In this document: positions 28,601 to 39,182 of the stretch, piece by piece
Layout: each line of letters starts with the position of its first letter
Numbering within the stretch: position 1 is the stretch's first letter
Assembly: GCA_022706765.1 (NCBI GenBank)
Contig: JAKJBX010000003.1
Span: forward strand, 10,291-74,290
Length of the DNA: 64,000 nucleotides
Reading direction: 5' to 3'
Source: Bacillota bacterium
GTDB lineage: Bacteria > Bacillota > Clostridia > Monoglobales > Firm-18
Program-made: the position numbers and the translations under genes
The notes under the pieces: model-generated
Told to the model about the DNA's origin: nothing
What the model saw: only the letters and a program-made list of their open reading frames with translations
Databases searched by the model: none

Positions 28601-28704
28601 CATATGACAGGAAATTTTTATTTCCTGTCATATGAAAACAATTCATTCATTCCTTGGCAAAGGCTTCCGTCAGCGCACTTAAAAAGTGCCTTTCGGCACT
28701 TTTT
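28601..28704 (+). repeat. Repeat R1 copy B (most complete)
   Basis: CATATGACAGGAAAT-TTTT-ATTTCCTGTCATATG, then AAAACAATTCATTCATTCCTTGGCAAAGGCTTCCGTCAGCGCACTT, then AAAAAGTGCC-TTTC-GGCACTTTTT. Confidence 0.85.
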
Positions 28705-28751
28705 ATATTCATACGAATTTAAATTACGGTTTGGAGAAAGATGAGGGTATT

Positions 28752-30011
28752 ATGTTTGTTGATATAGCAAATATCACGGTCAAGGCGGGTAACGGCGGTA
28801 ACGGCTGCGTCAGCTTTCACCGTGAAAAGTACGTCGCCGCGGGCGGTCCGGACGGCGGCGACGGCGGCAACGGCGGCAGCGTCGTTTTGGTGACTGACGA
28901 CAATATGTCAACGCTAATGGACTTTCGCTATAAAAGAAAATACAGCGCGCAAAACGGCGAGGATGGCAAGGCGGCAAGAATGTCCGGTAAAAAGGGTGAG
29001 GACCTCATCATCCGTGTTCCGACCGGCACGCTTGTGCGTGATGCGCAAACGGGCAGCATCATCGCCGACCTGTCGGAAAAAGACGGCAGGTTTGTGGTCG
29101 CAAAGGGCGGCAGCGGCGGCTGGGGCAATGCACGGTTTGCAACTGCGACCCGTCAAGCGCCCAATTTTTCCAAAAGCGGACTGCTGGGCAAAAGCAGGGA
29201 AATCATATTGGAGCTTAAACTGATTGCGGACGTCGGGCTGATCGGTTTTCCGAACGTCGGCAAGTCGACGCTGCTTTCGGTGGTGAGCGACGCCCGCCCC
29301 AAGATTGCGAACTATCACTTTACGACCCTGGTGCCAAACCTCGGCGTCGCATCCGTAGACGACAAAAGCATGGTGCTTGCCGACATCCCCGGCATCATTG
29401 AAGGGGCGCATGAGGGAGTCGGGCTGGGGATTGACTTTCTGCGCCATGTCGAGCGCACAAGGCTGTTGATACATGTGGTCGACGTATCCGGCAGTGAGGG
29501 TCGTGACCCTGTACAAGATTTTGACCTCATCAATCAGGAGCTTCAACGATACAGCCCGGTATTGGCAGAGAAAATACAGATCATCGCAGCGAATAAAACC
29601 GACATTTCCGTGGAAATATTATCCGGTTTCACCGAAGAGATGGAGCGAAGGGGATATCGGGTCTTCCCGATTTCGGCGGCGACGCAAAAGGGCGTCAGGG
29701 AGCTGATAAACTATGCGTATACGGTGCTGCAAACCATTCCACCTGTGGCGTTTGAAGTCATCGAAATGCCGGATGACATTGATGTAAAGGATAACAGCAT
29801 TACAGTTGAGGTCGAGAACGATGTCTACTATGTGACGGGCGAGGCGGCATATAACCTCGTTAATTCGACGAATTTCGACGATGTGGACTCCTTCAACTAC
29901 TTCCAGCGCACAATAAGGCGCATGGGCATTGTCGATGAGCTTGAAAGGCTTGGAATAAACGAGGGCGATACAGTGAATATGTACGATTTTGAGTTTGAAT
30001 ATAACCGATAA
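28752..30011 (+). CDS. obg: GTPase Obg/CgtA
   Basis: Start moved to ATG 28752. MFVDIANITVKAGNGGNGCVSFHREKY, GFPNVGKST, C-terminal OCT domain. Confidence 0.95.
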   Translation: MFVDIANITVKAGNGGNGCVSFHREKYVAAGGPDGGDGGNGGSVVLVTDDNMSTLMDFRYKRKYSAQNGEDGKAARMSGKKGEDLIIRVPTGTLVRDAQTGSIIADLSEKDGRFVVAKGGSGGWGNARFATATRQAPNFSKSGLLGKSREIILELKLIADVGLIGFPNVGKSTLLSVVSDARPKIANYHFTTLVPNLGVASVDDKSMVLADIPGIIEGAHEGVGLGIDFLRHVERTRLLIHVVDVSGSEGRDPVQDFDLINQELQRYSPVLAEKIQIIAANKTDISVEILSGFTEEMERRGYRVFPISAATQKGVRELINYAYTVLQTIPPVAFEVIEMPDDIDVKDNSITVEVENDVYYVTGEAAYNLVNSTNFDDVDSFNYFQRTIRRMGIVDELERLGINEGDTVNMYDFEFEYNR

Positions 30012-30085
30012 TAAAAGCGCGCCGCCAAAGGTTGGGTTTTGCTTCCAAGATTTGGGGCGCACTTCGTTTTAAATCCCTTGATTTG

Positions 30086-30223
30086 TTACACGTCGTTGTT
30101 ATCGACGGATTGCCTCTTGGCATTCTTGTTTTTTTGTTTGTTCTCGGTCGCTATGGTAGTATTGCTGTTATTGCTCTTTTTCTTGCGTGCATTTTTGTTG
30201 TCGACCTGACTGTCCTTTGCCAA
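30086..30223 (-). CDS. possible 45-aa N/K-rich small protein (TTG start)
   Basis: Below ORF-track cutoff. GAAAGGAG 9 nt before TTG; reads (M)AKDSQVDNKNARKKKSNNSNTTIATENKQKNKNAKRQSVDNNDV. No ATG and low complexity. Confidence 0.2.
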   Translation of the reverse strand: MAKDSQVDNKNARKKKSNNSNTTIATENKQKNKNAKRQSVDNNDV

Positions 30224-30250
30224 TTCTTTCAACTCCTTTCAGCTCCTTGC

Positions 30251-30406
30251 CTATGTTGGGTTCGCTTTATTGTGCCCTCTTTTTGCTTTGCCCTGTATTT
30301 CGCTCACGGGCTTGGCATCGTTTTTAGGCGTCTTCATTTTCTTGTTGCTTTCCGTGCCGTGAGGCTCGCTCGGGCTGGGGCGGCGCATGCCTGCTTTTGC
30401 CATCAT
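30251..30406 (-). CDS. possible 51-aa basic hydrophilic small protein (minor-SASP-like composition)
   Basis: Below ORF-track cutoff. GGAAAGGGTGAT SD then ATGATG; MMAKAGMRRPSPSEPHGTESNKKMKTPKNDAKPVSEIQGKAKRGHNKANPT. Confidence 0.4.
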   Translation of the reverse strand: MMAKAGMRRPSPSEPHGTESNKKMKTPKNDAKPVSEIQGKAKRGHNKANPT

Positions 30407-30589
30407 ATCACCCTTTCCATCCATAGTGTTTCACAAAATACGCATCCTATGCAAATCGTACTGTGATTTTATCACAGAAATGTTGTTACGCAGCGGTTAT
30501 AATTTCGATATTGATAAAACCGCAATGAGATGATATGATGATATCAAGCGGCTGTTTGATGGACGCAAAAATACAGAGGAGGGGTGCGT

Positions 30590-31264
30590 ATGGATTACTT
30601 AACGGCTTTTTTGGGCGGCATCATCACGTTTGTTTCACCATGTCTGCTGCCGATGCTGCCTGTGTACATTTCGTTCTTTGCGGGCGGCGATGCGGAGGAT
30701 TCCGCAAAGCGGCCTGCATTTAAAAATTCCGTCAGCTTTGTCATAGGGTTTTCTGTGGTGTTTGTCATCATGGGCGCCTTTGCCGGCACATTAGGGGGGC
30801 TGCTTTCCCGATACAGCAGCGCTGTCAATATAGTGTTCGGTGTTGTGGTCATTCTCTTCGGGCTCAGCTATCTCGGTGCGTTTCGTTTGCCCTTTTTCAG
30901 CGGTCTCGGCGGGCTGAACCGTCAACCGCAAGGCAGCGGCGTTTTGTCCGCATTTTTATTCGGCGTTGTCTTTTCGTTCGGGTGGACGCCCTGCGTCAGC
31001 ACGATACTCGGCACGGCGCTGATGCTGGCGGCGCAGAGCGGCAGTGTTGCAAAGGGCGTGATGATGCTGCTCCTGTATTCCGTGGGGCTTGGCATACCCT
31101 TTATCATCAGCGCAGTCTTGATCGAACGGCTGAAATCGACCTTTGACTTTATCAAAAAGCACTACCGCACCATCAATATGGTTTCGGGCATATTGCTGAT
31201 TGTGGTCGGCGTCCTTATGGCGACCGGCAACATCGGCTACTATCTTTCCCTATTGACTTTTTAA
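30590..31264 (+). CDS. ccdA: cytochrome c biogenesis protein CcdA (DsbD-family thiol-disulfide transporter)
   Basis: Start ATG 30590 after GAGGAGGG. FVSPCLLPMLPVYISFFAG and GWTPC motifs. Confidence 0.9.
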   Translation: MDYLTAFLGGIITFVSPCLLPMLPVYISFFAGGDAEDSAKRPAFKNSVSFVIGFSVVFVIMGAFAGTLGGLLSRYSSAVNIVFGVVVILFGLSYLGAFRLPFFSGLGGLNRQPQGSGVLSAFLFGVVFSFGWTPCVSTILGTALMLAAQSGSVAKGVMMLLLYSVGLGIPFIISAVLIERLKSTFDFIKKHYRTINMVSGILLIVVGVLMATGNIGYYLSLLTF

Positions 31265-31275
31265 GGAGAATGGCT

Positions 31276-31839
31276 ATGAACAGCAAACTCAAATTGGCGG
31301 CATATGCCGCCGCACTGGCGGTATTTATCATTGCCGCATATTTTTTGTATCACTATCTGACGGAATATGCCCCCCAATCCCAAGTGCCGCAGGCATCGCC
31401 CGCCGCAACGGGCAGCGTCAAAAATACGGCGAAGGACTTTACGGTTTTAGACAGCGGTGGCAAAGAAGTGAAGCTGTCGGATTTCTTCGGTCAGCCGATT
31501 GTGCTGAACTTTTGGGCAAGCTGGTGCCCGCCATGCCGCAGCGAGATGCCGCATTTTGAAACAGCTTATCAAACCTATGGGGACAGGGTCGTGTTCCTGA
31601 TGGTCGACCTCACGGACGGACAGCGTGAAACGGCTGCCGGCGCCCGGAGCTTTGTTGAGCAAAATGGCTACACCTTCCCGATATACTTTGACACGACGCA
31701 GGATGCTGCAAGTATATACAAGGTTTCGTCCATACCAACGACCGTTTTGATCGGCAGGGACGGCAGTATCGTCAAGCGTTACACGGGTGCGATGGATAAA
31801 AATGCGCTTGATGCGGCAATAAATATGATTACTCAATGA
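31276..31839 (+). CDS. TlpA/ResA-like membrane-anchored thioredoxin-fold thiol-disulfide oxidoreductase
   Basis: FWASWCPPCRSEMP active site; N-terminal TM anchor; paired with ccdA. Confidence 0.85.
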   Translation: MNSKLKLAAYAAALAVFIIAAYFLYHYLTEYAPQSQVPQASPAATGSVKNTAKDFTVLDSGGKEVKLSDFFGQPIVLNFWASWCPPCRSEMPHFETAYQTYGDRVVFLMVDLTDGQRETAAGARSFVEQNGYTFPIYFDTTQDAASIYKVSSIPTTVLIGRDGSIVKRYTGAMDKNALDAAINMITQ

Positions 31840-31900
31840 CGTCGCCGCATGGCGCTTTTCGATGCGCCGCCGTAAACTTTTTTCAGGGAATGGAACAATC

Positions 31901-31925
31901 AAAGGCGTGCTTTGGCACGCCTTTT
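31901..31925 (+). terminator. rho-independent terminator
   Basis: AAAGGCGTGC-TTTG-GCACGCCTTTT. Confidence 0.8.
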
Positions 31926-31957
31926 GAATATTATAGGGACTTTTTTATAAAATGCTA

Positions 31958-31986
31958 TTGACATATTGTGCAAAAAGTGGTATCGT
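31958..31986 (+). promoter_or_regulatory. sigma-A promoter of hrcA operon
   Basis: TTGACA-17 nt-TATCGT with upstream TG; CIRCE starts 11 nt downstream. Confidence 0.55.
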
Positions 31987-31996
31987 AATAGTAGTG

Positions 31997-32023
31997 TTAG
32001 CACTCGATGGATTAGAGTGCTAA
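31997..32023 (+). promoter_or_regulatory. CIRCE operator (HrcA binding site)
   Basis: TTAGCACTC-GATGGATTA-GAGTGCTAA, a perfect match to TTAGCACTC-N9-GAGTGCTAA. Confidence 0.95.
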
Positions 32024-32046
32024 CAGCCAAAGCGGAGGTGTCTCGC

Positions 32047-33087
32047 ATGGAGCTTGACGAAAGAAAAAAGCTGATATTGGGCGCAATCATCGAGAGCTAT
32101 ATTGAAACCGCCGAGCCTGTCGGTTCACGCACCATTGCCAAAAAGCATGATTTGAACGTCAGTCCGGCAACCATCCGCAACGAGATGTCAGACTTGGAGG
32201 AGATGGGGCTGTTAGAACAGCCGCATACCTCGGCGGGACGCATACCGTCGCATTTGGGGTACCGCATGTATGTTGACCGCCTGATGAAACGCTATGAGCT
32301 GACGGCAAACGAAATCACACGTATGTGCTCGCTGATGGAATTGAAGATTGCCGAACTGGATACGCTGATCAAAGAGATCGCCAACATCTATTCGCGCATC
32401 ACCAACTATACCGTCATCGGCACGATGCCGGAGGTGTCGAAGGCGTCCATCAAGCATTTTCAGGTGATGCCGATCGACGACAAGACGCTGATGCTCATTA
32501 TTGTCACCAACACCAACATCGTGCGTGACACGAAAATCAGCATCGGCAGACCGATCGACCTGCACACGGCGGCGCGCATTTCGAGCGTCCTTAACGAGCG
32601 GCTTTCGGGACTTAGCTGCGGCGATATTGACATGGAGAAAATCACCCTGCTCCAAGCGGAGCTTACCGATAACGAAGACCTCATCCAGCCGATCCTGCAT
32701 TTTATATACGAGTGCGTCGAGGCGACGGAAAATTCCGAGGTGTTCACCGGCGGCATCAGCAACCTTTTGAGCTTCCCCGAGTACAACAATATACAGCGTG
32801 CCAAGGAGCTGATCGGGTTTTTAGACGACAAGTCCAACCTGCACAGGGCAATGGCTGTGCGTGAGCATGAGCATGTGCGCATCGTCATCGGCAGCGAAAA
32901 CAGAGCGATTGAGCTGAAAGACTGCTCGATTGTCGTGTCATCCTATAACATCGACGGCAAGGTCGTCGGCACCATCGGACTGATCGGACCGACCCGGATG
33001 AATTATTCCAAGGCGGTGTCTAATTTAGAATTTTTGGCAAATCAATTAAACAGGCTGACGTCAAAGCCCGGCAATAAGCAGGAATGA
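32047..33087 (+). CDS. hrcA: heat-inducible transcription repressor HrcA
   Basis: Start moved to ATG 32047. MELDERKKLILGAIIESYIETAEPVGSRTI; operon context. Confidence 0.95.
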   Translation: MELDERKKLILGAIIESYIETAEPVGSRTIAKKHDLNVSPATIRNEMSDLEEMGLLEQPHTSAGRIPSHLGYRMYVDRLMKRYELTANEITRMCSLMELKIAELDTLIKEIANIYSRITNYTVIGTMPEVSKASIKHFQVMPIDDKTLMLIIVTNTNIVRDTKISIGRPIDLHTAARISSVLNERLSGLSCGDIDMEKITLLQAELTDNEDLIQPILHFIYECVEATENSEVFTGGISNLLSFPEYNNIQRAKELIGFLDDKSNLHRAMAVREHEHVRIVIGSENRAIELKDCSIVVSSYNIDGKVVGTIGLIGPTRMNYSKAVSNLEFLANQLNRLTSKPGNKQE

Positions 33088-33129
33088 TAGAGCGTCCCAC
33101 AACTATGTGAAAGGAATGAATGAGAAGCG

Positions 33130-33612
33130 ATGTGTGAAGAAGAAAAGGCATTGGAAATCATAGAAGAAGGTGAAAGTGAACAGGCTGCGCCGCCCGGGCA
33201 GGAGGCAGATAAGTTCTCGGAGCTAAACGACAAATACCTGCGGCTGCTTGCCGAGTACGACAACTTCAAAAAGCGCACGCAAAAAGAAAAGACGGACATT
33301 TACACCAATGCGGCGGCGGATGTGATTGCCGCCATATTGCCTGTTTTGGACGCCGTTTCCCGTGCGGTCGAGCTTGAAAAGGACAGCGAGGGCTTGAAGC
33401 TGCTCAAAAAGCAGCTTGACGACGCGTTACAGGCGATCGGCGTGGAGGAAATCTGCGCACAGGGGCAGAGCTTTGACCCTGCGCTGCATAACGCCGTGAT
33501 GCACATAGACGACGATTCGCAAGGCAGCAGCGCCATCATTGAGGAATTTGCAAAGGGCTACAAATATAAAAACAAGGTGATCAGACATTCCATGGTCAAG
33601 GTCGCTAATTAA
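33130..33612 (+). CDS. grpE: nucleotide exchange factor GrpE
   Basis: [18 protein letters not shown] and [11 protein letters not shown] motifs. Confidence 0.9.
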   Translation: MCEEEKALEIIEEGESEQAAPPGQEADKFSELNDKYLRLLAEYDNFKKRTQKEKTDIYTNAAADVIAAILPVLDAVSRAVELEKDSEGLKLLKKQLDDALQAIGVEEICAQGQSFDPALHNAVMHIDDDSQGSSAIIEEFAKGYKYKNKVIRHSMVKVAN

Positions 33613-33649
33613 CAATATTTTATCTATTATGAAAGGACAGGTGTTCAAT

Positions 33650-35473
<1,824 letters not shown>

Positions 35474-35491
35474 CATTTAAGGGGAGTAACC

Positions 35492-36634
35492 GTGGCAGAT
35501 AAGAGAGATTACTATGAGGTTCTCGGCGTGCAAAAGGGCGCAACCGACGACGAGATCAAGAAGGCATACAGAAAGCTGGCGAAGAAGTATCATCCGGATC
35601 TCAATCCGGATGATAAGTCCGCCGAAGCCAGGTTCAAGGAAGCGAACGAGGCGTATGCCGTGCTGTCCGATTCCGAAAAGAAGGCGCGCTATGACCAGTT
35701 CGGTCACGCAGGCACGGACGAGAGCTATGGCGCCGGAGGCGGCTACAATCCCTTTGGCGGCGGCGCCGGTTTTGACGTTGACTTGGGCGATATTTTCGGC
35801 TCGTTCTTCGGCGGCGGCGCAGCGCGCCAGACCCGCAGCGGTCCGATGCGCGGGCGCAACCTCCATGAGTCCGTCACCATCACGTTTGAGGAGGCGGCAA
35901 TGGGCGTTGAAAAGACAATCAACATCAGCCGGTATGAAAAGTGTGACACCTGCGCCGGCAGCGGCGCCAAAAAAGGTACCCAGCCCAAAACCTGCCCGAC
36001 CTGTCACGGCAGCGGTCAGGTGCGCAGCGTGCAGCGAACCATCCTCGGCTCCTTTGCCAGCGTGACGACCTGTACTGTCTGCGGCGGCGAGGGATCGGTC
36101 ATTGACGACCCGTGCACTGACTGCGGCGGCAACGGGCTTGTGCGCAAACAGCGCAAAATCACTGTTAAAATTCCCGCAGGCATCGACAACGGTCAGACCA
36201 TCACCCTGCGGGGTGAGGGCGACCATGGCAAAAAGGGCGGACCGGCAGGTGATGTGTTGCTGCTTGTCAATGTCAAAAAACATGCGATTTTTAGGCGCAA
36301 CGGCTATGACGTGTATATGGAGCTGCCCATCAGCTATGTTGAGGCGGCGCTTGGCGCGGAGATCGATGTACCCACGCTGTATGGCGAAGTCAAGCTCAAA
36401 GTCCCCGAGGGCACCCAAAGCGCCACCAGCTTCCGTATCAAGGGCAAAGGCATCAACCGTCTCGGCGGAGGCGGGCAGGGCGACCAATATGTCAAGGCGA
36501 TTGTTGAGGTGCCCAAGCACTTAAACGACAAGCAAAGGGAATTGCTTAAAAGCTTTGGCGAAACGCTGGGCATCCGTAGTTTCAGTGAGCGCAAAAGCTT
36601 CTTTGAAAAGGTTAAGGACAATTTCGGGAGATGA
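35492..36634 (+). CDS. dnaJ: co-chaperone DnaJ
   Basis: J-domain [11 protein letters not shown] region, four CxxCxGxG zinc motifs; GTG start. Confidence 0.95.
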   Translation: MADKRDYYEVLGVQKGATDDEIKKAYRKLAKKYHPDLNPDDKSAEARFKEANEAYAVLSDSEKKARYDQFGHAGTDESYGAGGGYNPFGGGAGFDVDLGDIFGSFFGGGAARQTRSGPMRGRNLHESVTITFEEAAMGVEKTINISRYEKCDTCAGSGAKKGTQPKTCPTCHGSGQVRSVQRTILGSFASVTTCTVCGGEGSVIDDPCTDCGGNGLVRKQRKITVKIPAGIDNGQTITLRGEGDHGKKGGPAGDVLLLVNVKKHAIFRRNGYDVYMELPISYVEAALGAEIDVPTLYGEVKLKVPEGTQSATSFRIKGKGINRLGGGGQGDQYVKAIVEVPKHLNDKQRELLKSFGETLGIRSFSERKSFFEKVKDNFGR

Positions 36635-36637
36635 TAA

Positions 36638-36757
36638 AAAAAGTGCCATACGGCACTTTTTTATATGGATAGGAAATAATTTAATTGATTCCTTGGCAAA
36701 GGCTTGCGTCAGCGCACCAAAAAGTGCCATATGGCACTTTTTTATATGGATAGGAAA
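36638..36757 (+). repeat. Repeat R1 copy C, bracketed by a 39-nt direct repeat (81-bp period); first hairpin doubles as the dnaJ terminator
   Basis: AAAAAGTGCCATAyGGCACTTTTTTATATGGATAGGAAA at 36638-36676 and 36719-36757. Core TAATTTAATTGATTCCTTGGCAAAGGCTTGCGTCAGCGCACC lies between them. Confidence 0.85.
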
Positions 36758-36766
36758 CCTTTTATC

Positions 36767-36795
36767 TTGACGTTAACAAGGTGATGCTATATAAT
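36767..36795 (+). promoter_or_regulatory. sigma-A promoter of the two-component operon
   Basis: TTGACG-17 nt-TATAAT. Confidence 0.5.
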
Positions 36796-36813
36796 AAAAA
36801 TTGAGGTGATTGT

Positions 36814-37515
36814 ATGGCAGGTAAGCGTATTTTTGTGGTGGATGACGAGCCGCACATCTGTGAGCTGGTCAAGTATAATTTAGAAAAAAGCGGGTATGCG
36901 GTCGATGCCTTTTACAGTGCAGAGGATATGTTCAGCGCACTGCCGGTGCAAAAGCCGGATATGATCATTCTTGATTTGATGCTCCCTGAGATGGACGGGC
37001 TTGCCGCCACGCAAAAGCTGCGCAATAACCCTGCGACCGAAAAAATCCCGATTATCATGCTGACCGCAAAAAACGAGGAGCTCGACCGGGTCATCGGGCT
37101 TGAAATAGGCGCCAACGACTATATGTCAAAGCCGTTTAGCGTTCGTGAGCTGCTCGCCAGGATGAAGGTCATCTTCCGATGGGCAAAAACCGTCGAGGAA
37201 TTCGACAACAGCGATGTGATCTATGCGCAGGACCTCATCATCAACAATGCCAAGCATATGATCATGCGGGGCAGCGAGGTCTTTAAGCTCACCTTAAAGG
37301 AATATGAACTGATCAAGACACTCGCCCAAAACAAGGGCAACGTCATGTCACGGGATGTACTGCTTGACCGTGTCTGGGGGTATGACTACTTCGGCGAAAC
37401 ACGCACCGTGGACGTCCACATCAGGCACATCCGCAAGATACTGGGTGACGAAAATGAAAAATACATAGAAACTGTCAGAGGCGTCGGCTATCGTTTCAGG
37501 GAACAGCCTGTGTGA
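36814..37515 (+). CDS. OmpR/PhoB-family response regulator
   Basis: Receiver (DLMLPEMDG, K at MSKPF) plus winged-helix (RTVDVHIRHIRKIL..IETVRGVGYRF). Confidence 0.9.
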   Translation: MAGKRIFVVDDEPHICELVKYNLEKSGYAVDAFYSAEDMFSALPVQKPDMIILDLMLPEMDGLAATQKLRNNPATEKIPIIMLTAKNEELDRVIGLEIGANDYMSKPFSVRELLARMKVIFRWAKTVEEFDNSDVIYAQDLIINNAKHMIMRGSEVFKLTLKEYELIKTLAQNKGNVMSRDVLLDRVWGYDYFGETRTVDVHIRHIRKILGDENEKYIETVRGVGYRFREQPV

Positions 37516-37542
37516 CAAATAACGCAATAATGGGGTAACGCT

Positions 37543-38808
37543 ATGCACGAGGGTCGCTTTAATCTGCAACGCAAAATGATTACGGGCTATGTGCTTATTA
37601 TGCTGGTGGGGGCGCTGTTTGCAGGGCTTTTGTTTTTTTTGCGCTTTCAGATACAGACTGATGACAACATCGAAGCACAGATGCGCCTGACCGCACGACT
37701 GTTTGGCGCTGAGCTTGACAAATACGGCATTGAGGACGCCGCCGGCATTGTCGACACCGTCGAAAAAATATCAGGTATGCGTGCGACGGTCATCGCATTT
37801 GACGGAAGCGTTGCGGCGGATTCACAGGACTCGCTGCAAAATCACCGTGACCGACCGGAGGTGAGCGGCGCCTTTAAGTTTGGAGAAGCCATCGCTACCC
37901 GCAAGAGCGATACAACCGCGCATTACTATAAATATTTTGCCGGCGCGCTTCAAATTGACGGCGAGGACTATGTCATCCGCATCGCCAAGGAGCTGCACCC
38001 GCTCAATCAGGTCGGTACAAGGCTGTTCTTTTTGGGCTTGCTGATCGCCGTTGCCATCAGCCTGGTCTTTGCCTGGATCTCGGTCGTCAAAAATATTTCA
38101 AATATTCGCCGCTTGCAGCAAATCCGCAGCGAGTTTGTGTCGAACGTCACGCACGAGCTGAAAACGCCGCTGACCTCTATCAAGGGCTTTGTGGACACGT
38201 TGAAGCAGGGGGCGATCGGCGACGAAGCCGTTGCGGAGCACTTTTTGGACATCATCGACATAGAGGCGGACAGGCTGACCGCACTGATCAACGACATCAT
38301 GGAGCTGTCGGAAATCGAAACTATGCGGGGCGACAAGGGCATTTCGGACTATATCATCGACGACATCATCGGTGACGTCGTCAGCATCATCACGCCGGGC
38401 GCCGAGAAGAACGGTATCAAACTGACGGTACGGAAAAGCCCCGCTGTGTCGATTGTGCGTATAAACCGTGACCGGTTAAAGCAGCTTTTGATCAATCTTT
38501 TGGATAATTCTATCAAATACTCCAACCCCGGGGGCAGCGTGATCTTAGACTGCGAGCTTTCGGGCAACAACGTGATTTTCACCGTGTCAGACGACGGCAT
38601 CGGCATCGCCGCGGAGCATCTCGCCCGCATCTTTGAGCGGTTTTACCGGGTCGACAAGGGGCGTTCGAGAAAGCGCGGCGGCACAGGTCTCGGGCTTTCG
38701 ATCGTCAAGCATATTGTAGAGCTTTACAGGGGGGACATCAGCGTAAAAAGCGTCGAAGGACAGGGGACGACCTTTGTCGCAACACTGCCCATCGCCGTGC
38801 AAATGTAA
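37543..38808 (+). CDS. membrane sensor histidine kinase (PhoR-like HisKA + HATPase_c)
   Basis: Two TM segments; H-box SEFVSNVTHELKTPLTSI; N, G1 (DDGIGI) and G2 (GGTGLGLSI) boxes. Confidence 0.85.
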   Translation: MHEGRFNLQRKMITGYVLIMLVGALFAGLLFFLRFQIQTDDNIEAQMRLTARLFGAELDKYGIEDAAGIVDTVEKISGMRATVIAFDGSVAADSQDSLQNHRDRPEVSGAFKFGEAIATRKSDTTAHYYKYFAGALQIDGEDYVIRIAKELHPLNQVGTRLFFLGLLIAVAISLVFAWISVVKNISNIRRLQQIRSEFVSNVTHELKTPLTSIKGFVDTLKQGAIGDEAVAEHFLDIIDIEADRLTALINDIMELSEIETMRGDKGISDYIIDDIIGDVVSIITPGAEKNGIKLTVRKSPAVSIVRINRDRLKQLLINLLDNSIKYSNPGGSVILDCELSGNNVIFTVSDDGIGIAAEHLARIFERFYRVDKGRSRKRGGTGLGLSIVKHIVELYRGDISVKSVEGQGTTFVATLPIAVQM

Positions 38809-39024
38809 CTCGTAGAAAAGATGTCCTCCGCTTCTATAACATAGGTGCAAGCCACGCCTTGTTGAAACGCATTATGGTGTGAAAATTTTTCTGCAAACGA
38901 AAATTTTTCAGTCCGTTTACGTTATAGATATTTGTAGGAAATAGCTATAAATTCCCCGAAAGATTGTACATTTTTTTTGTTTATTCTAACAGGAAACCGA
39001 CAACTTGTATAGAATATAATTATT

Positions 39025-39122
39025 TATATGGTGGAAAAATTATGTTTTTCACCATATAAATGCAATGGATGGCTTCCCTGGCAAAGGTTTTGGATGTGCG
39101 CCTAAAACGTCGGAGACGTTTT
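39025..39122 (+). repeat. Repeat R1 copy D
   Basis: TATATGGTGGAAAAA-TTATG-TTTTTCACCATATA (one bulge), then AATGCAATGGATGGCTTCCCTGGCAAAGGTTTTGGATGTGCGCCT, then AAAACGTC-GGA-GACGTTTT. The last stem differs in sequence from other copies but still pairs. Confidence 0.7.
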
Positions 39123-39182
39123 GATATAGAAGTGCTGCGTCTGCGCTTTTAGAGTACTAATCTTTGAGGAGGATTGATAGGT

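Noticed and set aside
28653-28668. TGGCA..TTCC in the R1 core considered as a sigma-54 promoter (-24 GG / -12 GC).
   Set aside because: The GG-to-GC spacing is off by one and the -12 TTGC is absent in all copies.
28635-28704. R1 core considered as a small-peptide gene (for example IHSLAKAxVSAPKK frame or MKTIHSFLGKGFRQRT).
   Set aside because: No conserved start codon or SD. Stops fall in different places in every copy, and substitutions are not biased to third positions. Conservation fits a nucleic-acid element.
30032-30466. 144-aa + strand ORF.
   Set aside because: Cys/Phe/Leu-rich with no SD. It is the antisense shadow of K/N-rich minus-strand small ORFs that do have SD sequences.
30461-30477. 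CTGTGAT-TTT-ATCACAG palindrome considered as a CRP/FNR or Rex operator between the small ORFs and ccdA.
   Set aside because: TGTGA and TCACA are separated by 5 nt, not the 6 nt of CRP/Rex-type sites. It may be just a small hairpin and is not called.
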